Shown here piece by piece: positions 1 to 11,701 of a stretch of 64,000 bases of DNA. Position 1 is the first letter of the stretch; each line of letters begins with the position of its first letter. Both the position numbers and the translations under genes were made by a program. Origin of the DNA: Centroscyllium fabricii (lineage: Eukaryota); the NCBI GenBank assembly GCA_051313645.2, contig JBNRSN020000001.1, forward strand, positions 80,166,001 through 80,230,000. The letters run 5' to 3'. The notes beneath the pieces are model-generated. The model was not told the DNA's origin and did not search any database. It was given only the letters and a program-made list of their open reading frames with translations.

Positions 1-1097
1 GAGGGAAAGCGGTGAGTGAGGAGGACATAAAAAACCTGCAAAGGGACATAGACAGGCTAGGTGAGTGGGCAAAGATTTGGCAGATGGAATATAATGTTGG
101 AAAGTGTGAGGTTATGTACTTTGGCAAAAAAAAATCAGGGAGCAGATTATTATCTGAATGGAGAGAAACTTCAAAGTTCTAAAGTGCAAAGGGATCTGGG
201 GGTCCTGGTGGATGAAACACAAACGGTTAGTATACAGGTACAGCGAGTGATCCGGAAGGCCAATAAAATCTTGGCCTTTATTGCATGGGGGATGGAGTAT
301 AAAAACAGGGAAGTTCTGCTATAGTTATACAGGGGATTGGTGAGGCCACATCTGGAATACTGTGTACAGTTTTGGTTTCCATATTTGAGAAAGGATATAC
401 TTGCTCTCAAGGCAGTTCAGAGAAGATTCACTCAGTTGATTCTGGAGATGAGGGGGTTGACTTATGAGGAAAGGTTGAGTAGGTTGGGCCTCTACTCATT
501 GGAGTGCAGAAGAGTGAGAGGCGATCTTATCGAAACATATAAGATTGTGAGGGGGCTTGATCGGGTGGATGCGGTGAAGATGTTTCCACTGATGGGTGAG
601 ACTAGAACTAGGGGGCATAATCTGAGAATAAGGGGCTGCCCTTTCAAAACGGAGATGAGAAGAAACTTCTTCACTCAGAGGGTAGTAGGGCTGTGGAATT
701 TGCTGCCCCAGAGAGCTGTGGAAGCTACTACTTTGAATAAATTTAAAACAGAGATAGACAGTTTTTTCCTGGAAGTAAAGGGAATTAGGGGTTATGGTGA
801 GCGGGCAGGTAAGTGGACGTGAGGCTCGGTTCAGATTGGCCATGTGATCTCCTGGACAAGTTTCGATCGCCTAGATGGGTCGGAGAGGAATTTCCCAGAT
901 TTTTTCTCCCAAATTGGCCACTGGGTTTTTGTCTGGTTTTTCGCCTCTCCCGGTAGATCGCATGGGTTCGGGCGGGATGGAGAGTGAAAGTAGATGTGAG
1001 GTTAATATCAGATCAGCCATGATCTTGTTGAATGGCGGAGCAGGCTCGAGGGGCCGATTGGCCTACTCCTGCTCCTATTTCTTATGTTCTTATGTTC
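1..1097 (+). mobile_element. CR1/HER1-type LINE 3' fragment (ORF2 C-terminus plus 3' UTR), decayed
   Basis: The ORFs 61..324 and 337..822 read RDLGVLV...LVRPHLEYCVQFW...RGDLIETYKI...RTRGH...FFTQRVV, the CR1 ORF2 C-terminus. It ends in a GATCAGCCATGAT...CTCCTGCTCCT tail and (TTATGTTC)n. Confidence 0.92.
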
Positions 1098-1209
1098 TAA
1101 TAAGAGGGAGGAGCTGAATTAAATCAGTATTTGTAGGGAAATGGTGGTTGGGAAATTGACGGGATTGAAGGCTGATAAACTGCCGGGGCCTGATAATCTA
1201 TATCGTCAA

Positions 1210-1467
1210 AAACATAGAAACATAGAAGATAGGAGCAGGAGTAGGCCATTCAGCCCTTCGAGCCTGCTCCGTCATTCAATGAGATCATGGCTGATCATCC
1301 AAACCCAGTACCCTGTCCCTGCCTTGTCCCCATATCCCTCGATCCCTATCGAGCCTGCATGGGGAGAATGTGCAAACTCCACACAGATAGTACCCGAGGC
1401 TGGATTTGAACCCGGGTCTCTAGTGCTGTAAGGCAACAGTGCTAACCACTATGCCACCGTGCCGCCC
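1210..1467 (-). mobile_element. HE1-type V-SINE, internally deleted
   Basis: The minus strand has a tRNA-like head (GGGCGGCACGGTGGCATAGTGGTTAGC...GGTTCAAATCC), the start of the V-domain, and a CR1-derived tail ending in (TATGTTTC)n. Confidence 0.85.
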
Positions 1468-1574
1468 TAACGTCAGAGGTTTTGTCAGCCTGGACCGTCA
1501 CCCTATATATCCAAGTTGGCCACTTTCTATTGTTATTGCCAAATGGGTATTCGTGCAACTTACGCCTTAACACA

Positions 1575-1735
1575 GAATCACACAGCACAGGAGGAGGCCA
1601 TTCGGCCCATCTTTGAAAGAGCTCTCCAATTAGTCCCACTCCCCCCCCCACTCTTTCCCAATAGCCCTGAAAGGTTTTCATTTATAAGTATTTATCCAAT
1701 CCCCTTTAGAAAGTTACTGTTTGAATCTACTTCTA
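1575..1735 (-). mobile_element. CR1/HER1 LINE extreme 3' fragment
   Basis: Same GATGGGCCGAATGGCCTCCTCCTGTGCTG tail as the copies near 18290, 39960, 42890 and 48560. Confidence 0.75.
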
Positions 1736-2302
1736 TCATGAGCCATCCTGAAGACAGGTGGCAGCAGAGTACATCACCTCCCAAAGAAAGCTGTCACCAC
1801 CTGAAGCTCATTCGGGGACTCGTTGTCTAGAGTACTTAAACCCTGTCTCTCTAGGACTTAGTGTTTAGTCTTGAACTCATGGACACTCTACTGCTTGTTA
1901 GTACTTTTGGCTTATGTGCTATGTTTAGTTTGAGCATTGTCTCTGTTATTTTGCTTTGTGTTTTCATGTACCGTGTAAGCAGTGGCTACTGAGCCTCTGC
2001 TTGTCTTCTCGAGTAAAGTCCGACTTAGAACACTTACCTGCCGTGTGGTCTCTTCAAGTGGGTCCGGATACCCTGGGGAACCGTGTCAGCTTCAGGCAGT
2101 TAATTCCGGATCATATTTTCCTTTACTTTATACATTATTAATGTCAAGCAGATGGTTCAGATTTCTCAACGTTTTTTAAAATATAGGCATTATTTTGCTT
2201 GATTCCCGTCCTACAGAATTTTATCAATGATTCCTTATTGGTGGTGGTCGGAACCCAGCAAAGTTCCCCTGAAGGTTATGTCACCTTGTTGTCTCCTAAG
2301 TA

Positions 2303-2408
2303 AGAGTTCTGACGAAGGGTCATTGACCTGAAACGTGGACTCGGTTTCTCTCTCCACAGATGCTGCCTGACCCGTTGAGTGTTTCCAGCATTTTCTGTTT
2401 TTATTTCA
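2303..2408 (+). mobile_element. Penelope-like element terminal fragment with degenerate hammerhead motif
   Basis: CTGACGA-AGGGTC-ATT-GACCT-GAAAC followed by CCACAGATGCTGCCTGACC...TTCCAGCATTTTCTG. Related sequence occurs at 3140-3275, 27190-27325 and 33350-33595. Confidence 0.6.
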
Positions 2409-3365
2409 AAGTCCTGCTTTGGTCTCTCGAGGACCACAGAACAGAAGAAATTTCACCCAGGGGCTTTGTTAACTGTAAGATTATCAAATACTTCTGCTAC
2501 ACTGACTTCAAAATTCTCTAAGGTCTTGCATTACACAAAATGGATAGCAGATCATTTTAGAAAATATTAACTTAGCATTTCAACTATTTTAACTTAAACT
2601 TCCCCACCAATTTAACTTTCGGAGTTTGAAATTAAGGCCCTTGGGGCTAGAAATTCATCTCCACAGCGGCACTCTGTGGCGCCATGAAATGGTGATAAAA
2701 TGGCGGCTGCCGCTCTTTTGCCAGCTGGTGGTGGGTCCCGCCGACAATGTGCCACCATATTTGTCTCCCCCTTTGCGCTGCCGGTAACTGGAGGTGCCCT
2801 GGAAAAAATAATAGCGGCGTGGTGATGTCAAACGGTGTGCAACGGCGACTTAACATCACCAACGCGAACTTCAACCCTAGTGCTCAATTCAGCTTTGGGT
2901 CCCACGCACGCCGGGTTAACCCGCCGTGCAAGCAGGCTGACAGTGGTGATGGCTGCAGCTCTTAAAGGGACACACACATCATTCAGGTAAGTTTGAATTT
3001 AAGGGTTTGGACTGTTTTAAAATGTTTTTTTATTGAAGTGGTGGCTGGCTGCAATAGATATGAAAAGTTTTTTAAGTGTGTAGGGAGTGCTGCTGGATGC
3101 TTGCAAGGGCTTGGATGGTAAATGAAGACCCTGTGAGAAGACAGAACATGCTGCGAAGACTCAGCAGGTCATGCAACGTCTGTGGAGGGAAAAAGAGAGT
3201 TCATGTCTCAGGTGGAGATGCTACCTGACCAACTGAGTATTTCCAGCATTTCTGCTGACATTTCACATTTCCAGCAGAAGGAAGAGGAAGACGCAGAAGA
3301 GGAAGAATAAGACGGAAGGATGCATCCCAGACAGTCCCTTTGTGGCCGGGATATCCGGGATGGGG

Positions 3366-4808
3366 GGTAGAGAAAAAGCAGGGAATTATAGACCAGTAAG
3401 CCTTACATCAGTAGTAGGCAAAATGCTAGAGTCCATTATTAAGGATGTAATAGCGGAGCACTTGACAAATAGGGACGGGATCGGACAGAGTCAACATGGA
3501 TTTACAAAAGGTAAATCGTGCTTGACTAATCTATTGGAATTCTTTGAGGAAGTAACAGGTAAAATAGATGCGGGAGAGCCAGTAGATGTGGTGTACCTTG
3601 ACTTCCAGAAAGCCTTCGATAAGGTCCCACATAAAAGATTAGCATGCAAAATCAAGGCTCATGGGATTGGGGGCAAAGTATTGACGTGGTTAGAGAACTG
3701 GCTGGCAGATAGAAAACAGAGAGTTGGAACAAACGGCTCATTTTCTGAGTGGCAGGTGGTGACTAGTGGGGTGCCGCAGGGATCTGTCCTGGGACCCCAG
3801 CTGTTCACAATATATATATTAATGATCTGGACCAGGGAATTGGATGCAACATCTCCAAATTTGCAGATGACACTAAACTAGGAGGGGTGGGGGGGCTCTG
3901 AAGAGGATGTCAGGAAGCTCCAGTGCGATTTGGACAAGTTGGGGGAATGGGCGGATACATGGCAAATGCACTATAATGTGGATAAATGTGAGGTTATCCA
4001 CTTTGGGGGCAAAAACAGGAGGGCAGACTATTATTTAAATGGCAATAAATTGGGAGATGTGGAAGTGCAGAGATACCTGGGTGTTCTTGTGCACCAGTCA
4101 CTGAGGGCGAGCATGCAGGTGCAACAGGCGGTTAAGAAGGCATATGATATGTTGGCCTTCATATCAAGAGGGTTCGAGTATAGGAATAAGGATACCTTAC
4201 TACAGCTGTACAAGGCACAGGTGAGACCACACCTTGAGTATTGTGTACAGTTTTGGTCACCTCATCTGAGGAAGGATGTTCTAGCCATGGAAGGAGTGCA
4301 GCGGCGATTCACCAGGATGATACCTGGAATGGCAGGAATGACCTACGAGGAGAAATTGTGTAGTTTGGGCTTGTACTCGCTGGAGTTTAGAAGATTGAGA
4401 GGGGATCTCATCGAAACATATAAAATTCTGACAGGCCTGGACAGGTTAAATTCAGAAAGAATGTTTCCAATGGCGGGGGAGTCCAGAACCAGGGGCCACA
4501 GTCTAACGATAAGGGGTAAACCATTTAGGACAGATATGAGGAAGAATTTCTTCACCCAGAGAGTGGTGAGCCTGTGGAATTCCTTGCCACAGAGGGCAGT
4601 GGAGGCCAGTTCATTAAATATATTTAAGAGGGAATTGGATACATTTCTTCAGGCTAAAGGGATTAAGGATTATGGAGAGAAGGCGGGGACAGGGTACTGA
4701 ACTTGAAAGATCAGCCAAAGATCAGCCATGATCTCATTGAATGGCGGAGCAGGCTCGAAGGGCCGAATGGCCTACTCCTGCTCCTATCTTCTATGTTTCT
4801 ATGTTTCT
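3366..4808 (+). mobile_element. CR1 LINE, 5'-truncated, RT domain to 3' tail
   Basis: NYRPVSLTS, QHGF, YLDFQKAFDKV and GVPQGSVLGP motifs, with a frameshift near 3815 before FADD. The ORF ends GEKAGTGY* and is followed by a (TATGTTTC)n tail. Confidence 0.95.
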
Positions 4809-5187
4809 ATCTGCGGTCCCATTGGCTGGGCAGGCTGCATTTCTTGGGTGTGTGACTGAGGAAGGCACAAGGGTGGAGTTGTGGTGAGGGCAGGAACACA
4901 AGAGGTACGTGTGAGAAGGAGGATAACGTATGAAGATACCAGCCTCTTGTATCCTTTCAGCCCCACCGCAGGCCAAGGGCTCAACCATGCCACCGCCAAG
5001 AATGGCCTGCACCGTCTCCTCCAAGGGGGTGAGATGAAGCTAGAAATGGGAGGTGTGCCTCGTCATTGGTGCAGATTATTCATAGGTGAGTGATTGGTGG
5101 TCGTGCATTGAGCAGTGTGCGAGGTTAGTGGCGCTGTTGATAGGAGACGGCTTTTGAAGATGCATTCACTGACCTTGACCAGTGGTC

Positions 5188-5473
5188 TGTGATGCACAAT
5201 CAATTACAACCAGTCGATGGTTTGATGCAACCGAGGCTTTTATTAGCTTAGAACTGTTACCACAGGTCTAGGCGATCTTCACGGTTACAGTGAAAGCGAA
5301 AGAGTGTGCATGCAGCTTTATACCCAGGTTCGGGGGTGGAGCCTGGAAGGGAAGCTGGGGAGCTGAGTCCTCCCAGACAGGAAGTCGCAAACTATATACA
5401 GGCACTGTAATTACAAGGAGGAGACACAAGGGGGAGACATTATACAATATATACAATATGGTGGTTTACCACA
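5188..5473 (-). mobile_element. Probable solo LTR (286 bp)
   Basis: TGTGAT...ACCACA ends. The minus strand has TATAAA (~5317-5322) upstream of AATAAA (~5240-5245). The segment is absent from the paralogous Harbinger copy at ~28250. The TSD is not clean. Confidence 0.55.
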
Positions 5474-5479
5474 TCCTGG

Positions 5480-5691
5480 GATGATGAAGCTTCTTTGGGC
5501 ACTGGAGTCAGGTGGTGGTGGCAACACTGCTGGCAGTGACGGCTTCGGTGATCTGGTCCAACATCCTTCTTTCCGGAGGGCCTCCTGGCCCCTGTGGGTA
5601 GAGGGCCGCTCTTGCAGTATTGACCCCCGGCACAAAGCCGGAGTGCTGCGTGTGAGACCCTCGGTGCCCCTTCCCTGGTGTGCTGAGCCAT
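5480..5691 (-). pseudogene. Harbinger Myb/SANT-like DNA-binding protein remnant
   Basis: Frameshifted MAQ..REGAPR.S.AAL...LYPQGARRPS...LDQITEAVTASSVA...WLQC-type sequence, resembling Harbinger ORF1 (NAIF1/MSANTD-like). Confidence 0.6.
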
Positions 5692-6181
5692 TTGTGTTAG
5701 TGCTGAAGCACGTTTCCCATGTGTTGAGGTTAGGAAGGTAATTCAGCTTTAACAGCTGAATATTCACATTTGGAACCTCTTTTAAATGTTGAATATTTCT
5801 TAAAAGACAGAAAAGGCTGAAAAATGTATTGATTCACTGCATTTTATTTTGTATTGACTCAGTGTGCATGGTCCCTTTAATTCTCAGACGTCTTCATTGC
5901 CCACAATTCCCTGCGGGCTCCACAGCTTCGCTCCCATTGGCTGTGGAAAGCTGCAATGCCGGACCTGGGCAGGAACTTTGTCCCAGATCCTCCAGGGACA
6001 CCACCAGGAGGGGGTTACACAGAAAGTGAGCGCTGCGCCACCTATCTCCACGTCCCCCAGACCAATTTCACTTGCTTAGCGTTGTGGCCATTTCCAGCGG
6101 CCATTAACTGCAGTTGCCAGGCACACTGGCGACTTTGCTGGCCAACACAAATTTTTCCTCCATTGACTCTTTTAAAGTTAT

Positions 6182-7332
6182 GGGGGGAGAAATTCGGTAA
6201 CGTTCCGTTTGGGGCGCTACCCTCGGTGGGTCGCTACTTTTAGCGCCCAGATAACGTTCGCGCCGCTCCTCCGGAAATTGGGTTTTAGCGCCCCAAGTAG
6301 GAGGCGGGGCACTACTGCAGGCGCTCCCCCTCGTTCTTTAGGCGCTACGACTCAATTTTGCTCGCTGTGGGTCACTGCGCCACGCTCTACAGAGTGCCTC
6401 GCCGTGGTACTACAGGACTTCCTCCCCTAATTACACGGGAGTGGCCTAGCATGGCTCGGGCCGCAGCCCTGTTGGGCCGCCGGGGATCGCAATGCCGCCA
6501 AAGGAGCCCGGCACTCGAGGGAAGTGCCGAGCTGACGGAGCACAGCCAGCACTCCGCGGCGGGGGGGGATATCGGGGAAGGCCAGGGACGGCAGAGGGGG
6601 CAGGTGCTGGCAGTCGGCCAGCAAGAAAAATGGCCGCCCGGCACCCCTTCCTTTAAATAGCGCTCTCCCTGCTGCAAACACGCACCCCTGACCCTGTCGT
6701 GGGCAGCGTCAGGCGGTACGGCACCGGACGCGACTGAAGTTCGCGGCCGGGGTGCAAACAGGGTGCTGTGCACGGTGATGATATTATCGCTGGCAGCACA
6801 GCGCTACCGGTTACCACCCCCGCCAGCGCCCCACTGAATATCGGGTGGCACAGTGGCTAGCACTGTTGCTTCACAGCACTGGAGACCCGGGTTCAAATCC
6901 GGCCTCGGGTACTATCTGTGTGGAGTTTGCACATTCTCCCCGTGTCTGCGTGGGTTTCCTCCGGGTGCTCCGGGTTCCTCCCACAGTCCAAAGATGTGCG
7001 GGTTAGGTTGATTGGCCAGGATAAATTGACCCTTGGTGTTAGGGGGATTGAATATGTGGGGTTACAGGGATAGTGTGGGATATGTGTCGGTGTAGGCTCG
7101 ATAGGGATCGAGGGATATGGGGACAAGGCAGGGACACGATACTGGGTTTGGATGATCAGCCATGATCTCATTGAATGGCGGAGTAGGCTCGAAGGGCCGA
7201 ATGGCCGACTCCTGCTCCTATCTTCTATGTTTCTATGTTTCTAACGCGGGAGGTGCCAGCCCAGGCTTGCACCCCATTAGCAGCCCTCTTATGGTGCGAA
7301 CGGGAGGCGAAAGCAACCAGATTTTTCCCCCC
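6182..7332. mobile_element. GC-rich Harbinger-like MITE with a nested SINE
   Basis: TIRs GGGGGGAGAAATTCGGT and ACCAGATTTTTCCCCCC. An inverted paralogue lies at ~9510-10238. Confidence 0.65.
6843..7243 (+). mobile_element. HE1-type V-SINE, near full length, CR1 (TATGTTTC)n tail
   Basis: tRNA-like A/B boxes, V-domain GTGTGGAGTTTGCACATTCTCCCCGTG...CCTCCCACA, and a LINE-derived tail. Confidence 0.9.
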
Positions 7333-7342
7333 ATGCTATCTA

Positions 7343-8035
7343 AGGGGAGAAATTCACTATTGTCCCGTCTGAGGTACTGATTTTTGAAAGTCTGAAAAGT
7401 TATCAGCAGGCGATAACGATTTCAAACTTTTGAAAAATTCACAGTTTGCACTCCCGGAAGGAAATGGAGCGTAAATCAAGCCCTCCACTTCCTTGGAGCC
7501 AATCGTCAGCAGGCGGAGTGGAGACTTCAGCAGTGTTGCACACTGGGCCGTGCAGCGCCGCCGCATTCAAAGGCTCCTTCTCCCCCTTAAAGGGAATGGC
7601 CATCACTGCAGGCTCTGCGATACCTGGACCACCAAGGCAGCCGGGATCCCGCGCGATCCACCCAGCACTGAAGCAAAGCGCCGGGCTGATCAGTAGCGGG
7701 CAAGAGCCCGCGAAAAAAACTGGTACAGGAAAGGTGAGTTTTTTTTCCCACGTTCCTCGGCCACCTCACCTTTGATCGTCGCCTCCGATGCGGCCGGCTG
7801 CCCAGTGCTCGCCTCCCGCAGCTGTTGATGTTTTCGACCAGCACTGCTGCAGGGGGCGGAAGTCAATTTCAGGTCCGAGGCGATGCGTGCGGTGATGACA
7901 CCACGATCTCCGGGCGAAGGAGAGCGAGGCGCAACGCTTTAGCGCAGCCGCAAAACTCCCGCCGAATTTAGTGGGAGTCGATGTCAGCGTCGCGCTCGGT
8001 CACAAAACCCCGCAAAGGCACCCAAGTTCACCCCC
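7343..8035. mobile_element. Second GC-rich Harbinger-like MITE
   Basis: Ends GGGGAGAAATT and AAGTTCACCCCC; CpG-rich non-coding interior. Confidence 0.45.
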
Positions 8036-8493
8036 AATGAGTGTTTTCATATTGTGTTTAACATTTTGTCCTATATTAGGGACATCTTGCACCATAACTA
8101 CCTCATTAGCATGTAAACACACTTTTACATTCCTCCCAAGCTTGTCTTTCCCCCTATAATGTTATACGTAGTTTGTTTATCTTTCTTATTCCCATTTCAA
8201 GTTCCTTTATTTTGCTGACACCACCTTTTCCACAGGGGTCTGTCTCCTCCCTCAGTAACTCCTAGCTGAAAGGTTAAACATTAAGAAAATGATGCTTAAA
8301 ATTGATGAAAAAACCTGCAGTCTTTAACATTTGGATGATGAGTAAAAACCATTGCTTGATGTGGTTTCAGACATCCAATCAAGCCCTCAGTTCAATTTGT
8401 TCCTTGGCTCTGGATGTACTCCGATTGCAGTGATCTGTGTCGTAAAGTGTACCAGCTGGGTAAGATTCTAGTTTACATAAAGAGATGACATAC

Positions 8494-9505
8494 ACTAGGC
8501 TTCTACTCCCCAGAATATAGAAGATTAAGGGCTGATCGAATCGAGGTGTTTAAGATGATTAAAGGAGTTGATGGGGTCGAAAGAGAGAAACTGTTTCCTC
8601 TGGTGGGGGGAGTCCAGAACAAGGGGGCAGAACCTTCAAATTAGAGCCAGGCCGTTCAGGGGTGATGTCAGGAAGCACTTCCTCACACAAAGGTGGGGGG
8701 GGGGAATCTGGAACTCTCTCCCCCAAAAAGCAGCAGATGCATTTTGGTAGAAGGCACAGGGAGAGGCAATATTCACTTAATGGCACAGTTTTAAAGAGTG
8801 TTCAGGGACAGAGGGACCTGGGAGTTAATGTGCATCGGTCCCTGAAGGTGGCAGGGCATATTGAGAGAGTGGTTAACAAAGCATATGGGATCTTGGACTT
8901 CATAAATAGAGGTATTGAGTACAAAAGTAGAGAAGTTATGCTGAACCTTTATAAAGCGCTGGTTAGGCCACAACTGGAGTCTTGTGTCCAGTTCTGGTCA
9001 CCACACTTTAGGAAGGATGTGAAGGCCCTTGAGAGGGTGCAGAGGAGATTTACCAGAATGGTTCCGGGGATGGGGGATCTTAGCTATAGGGACAGGTTGG
9101 AGAAGCTGGATTTGTTTTCATTGGAGCAAAGGAGGTTGAGGGGGGGATTTGATCGAGGTGTACAAGATTATGACGGGTTTGGATAGGCTAGACGGGGAAA
9201 GGCTGTTCCCACTAGTTGATGGTGCAAGGACTAGGGGACCCAGATTTAAGGTTTTGGGCAAAAGATACAGGGGGGATGTGAGGAAAAACCTTTTTTACGC
9301 AGCGAGTGGTGAGGACCTGGAACTCGCTGCTGACGGAAGTGGTGGAAGCGGAGACACTCAATGTTTTCAAGAGGAGACTGGATAGGCACTTGAGAGAAAT
9401 AAACTTGCAGGGCTACGGCGATAGAGCGGGGGAATGGGACTGACTGGATTGCTCTACAGAGAGCCGGCATAGACTCAATGGGCCGAATGGCCTCCTTCTG
9501 TGCCG
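8494..9505 (+). mobile_element. Two tandem CR1/HER1 3' fragments
   Basis: ORFs 8568..8750, 8662..9186 and 9149..9385 encode CR1 ORF2 C-terminal motifs. The tail is ATGGGCCGAATGGCCTCCTTCTGTG. Confidence 0.9.
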
Positions 9506-9509
9506 TTAG

Positions 9510-10238
9510 GACTCAATGGGGAAAAGAGGGCGGCTAATGGGGCGCAGGCCAGGCCTGGCGCCTCCCATGATATTCAGTGGGGCGCTGGCATGTGCGGTAG
9601 TCGGTAGCACCCCACGGCTCGACGCCGCCAGGGATGACATCATCGGAGTGCGCAGCGCCCCGTTCACGCCCAGGCCACGAAATTGAGTCGCGTCCGCTGC
9701 CATACCACCTGGGACTGCCTATGATAGCTTCAGGCTGTCGTACCTGCAGCGGGGGAGCGCTACTTAAAGGCGGGGGGGGTGCCGGGCGGCCATTTTCCTT
9801 GCTGGCCGACTGCCGGCACCTGCCCCCTCTGCCGTCCCCGGCCTCCCCCGATGCACCCCCCCGCGGAGTGCTGGCTCTGCTCCGTGAGCCCGGCACTTCC
9901 CTCAAGTGCCGGGCTCCTTTGGCGGCATTGCGATCCCCGGTGGTCCAACGGGGCTCCAGCCCGAGCTGCGCTAGGCCACTCCCCTTTTTATCAGGGGAGG
10001 AAGGCCGGCAGTACTGCGGCGCGGCACTCTGCGTAGCGTGGCGCAGCGACCCACAGCTCCGGATATTCATTTGCAGCGCCTCAAGAACGAGGTCGGGTGC
10101 CTGCAGTATCGCCCAACCTCCTACTTTGGGCGCTACAACCGAATTTCCCAAGGAACGGCGCAAGCGTTAGGCGGGCGCTAAAAGTAGCGCACCGCCGAGG
10201 TTAGCGCCCAAAAATGGGCGCCACCCAATTTTTCCCCC
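9510..10238. mobile_element. GC-rich Harbinger-like MITE, inverted paralogue of 6182-7332
   Basis: Reverse complement of 6182-6840, with terminal CCAATTTTTCCCCC. Confidence 0.65.
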
Positions 10239-10252
10239 TTTGACTTCTGACT

Positions 10253-10557
10253 CATGGAATCCCTACAGTGCAGATAGAGGCCATTTCGGCCCATCGAGCC
10301 TGCACCGGCACATATCCCACCCTATCCCCGTAACCCCACATATTCAATCCCCCCAACACTAAGGGTCAATTTATCCTGGCCAATCAACCTAACCCGCACA
10401 TCTTTGGACTGTGGGAGGAAACCGGAGCACCCGGAGGAAACCCACGCAGACACGGGGAGAATGTGCAAACTCCACACAGATAGTCACCCGAGGCCGGATT
10501 TGAACCCGGGTCTCCAGTGCTGTGAGGCAACAGTGCTAACCACTATGCCATGGTGCC
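10253..10557 (-). mobile_element. HE1-type V-SINE with short HER1-type tail
   Basis: tRNA head, V-domain, and tail GATGGGCCGAAATGGCCTCTATCTGCACTGTAGGGATTCCATGA. Confidence 0.88.
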
Positions 10558-11701
10558 AAGGCGGGTGGATGGAGTTAAGATACAGATCAGCTATGATTTC
10601 ATTGAATGGCTCGAGGGGCTGAATGACCTCCTCCTGTTCCTGTGTTACTTGTTGACTCCCGAGTAGGAGCTAGTGTTTTCAATTGCGCTTGGCGTGGCAA
10701 CTGCGGTCAAGGGGCGCACTGTCATTCAGACCCTACTTGTTTAAATTGGTAGTCAACCATTATTTAAAAATATTTACCTGTTTGTTAAAAAGCGAGCTTA
10801 CCCTTGACTGTGAAGCCAAGCTGGGCTGTGAAGATAAAGCATCGATGAATTGATGCTGTGGAAGTGTTTCAAACAGCGGAATCAACTTGCAGCTTGCTCA
10901 GTGGCACAGTGAGCCAATATGCTGCCTGGTGCAGGTTGAAAACTTTACTTCGAGTTGTCTGCATTGCTCAGCAGGTGATTTGACCTTGCACACTCTATAC
11001 AGTGCTCTGAATGTTAACATTAAACACAACAAACATAGGAACATGTCATTTACACAGTTTTGTCACACTGGACTTGTAAGAGAATATATTGGTTGCAGGA
11101 ACAGTATGCATTTGGTTGCTCAAGATAGTTTGTCAGCAACCCTTGAGGTCCAATTGGTTTGTAGAAAATCAAGATACATGGAGAGGGATCTTGCTGGGTT
11201 GGAGTGTTACTTTTGTGGGATTTGTGTTTTTAGCTTGTGGGTCCCATTTTGAATTAACTCTTACCTTTTGGGAGGGATGAACTGGATCATGTGGGCTTCG
11301 TAAATGGGATCCTGGCATATCCAGAGCTCCAGGTGGCGTCTGTACATGTCCCCTACTGAATTCCACATAGGAATATAGAAAATGGAGGAGACCATTCAGC
11401 CCCTTGAGCCTCTTCCGCCATGCAATGAGATTATGGCTGATTCGTCCTCACTGCTCAGTAAAAAGACTGGAGTCTTAAATCAAGCCTAAAAACCCAAGCT
11501 GATTGGCGTTACACTTAAAGGCTGGACCAATGTCGGTTACAGTCTAATCGAAACTCATGATTACCACAAGCATTTTTCACTACTGAAAGGGGAGGTTCAT
11601 TGATGCTGCAGCCCCTCGTTCTCAGCATCGTTGGCTGTGCAGCTTCCTCAACCACCATAAGAAGAAGGACAAGGAGAAGGAACACTTATTTACAAATCCT
11701 C

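Larger units (their letters stand above)
2643..6160. mobile_element. Non-autonomous PIF/Harbinger-derived element, interrupted by a CR1 and a solo LTR
   Basis: TIR-like ends GGGGCTAGAAATT and AATTTTTCCTCC. A Myb/SANT remnant lies on the minus strand at about 5160-5691. The element is collinear with 26890-28470. Confidence 0.6.

Noticed and set aside
1734-2140. Possible solo LTR or CTCF-like motif (CAGGTGGCAGCAG)
   Set aside because: No clear TG...CA ends, TSD or second copy; a single motif match is not enough.
3276-3320. GAA-rich tract in an FGF14 intron, reminiscent of the human FGF14 GAA expansion
   Set aside because: Short and imperfect, and shared with 27338-27380 as part of a Harbinger-derived repeat; no evidence of orthology.
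11275-11335. Protein-like reading DELDHVGFVNGILAYPELQ
   Set aside because: Weak splice sites, phase incompatible with neighbouring candidates, and no recognisable homology.
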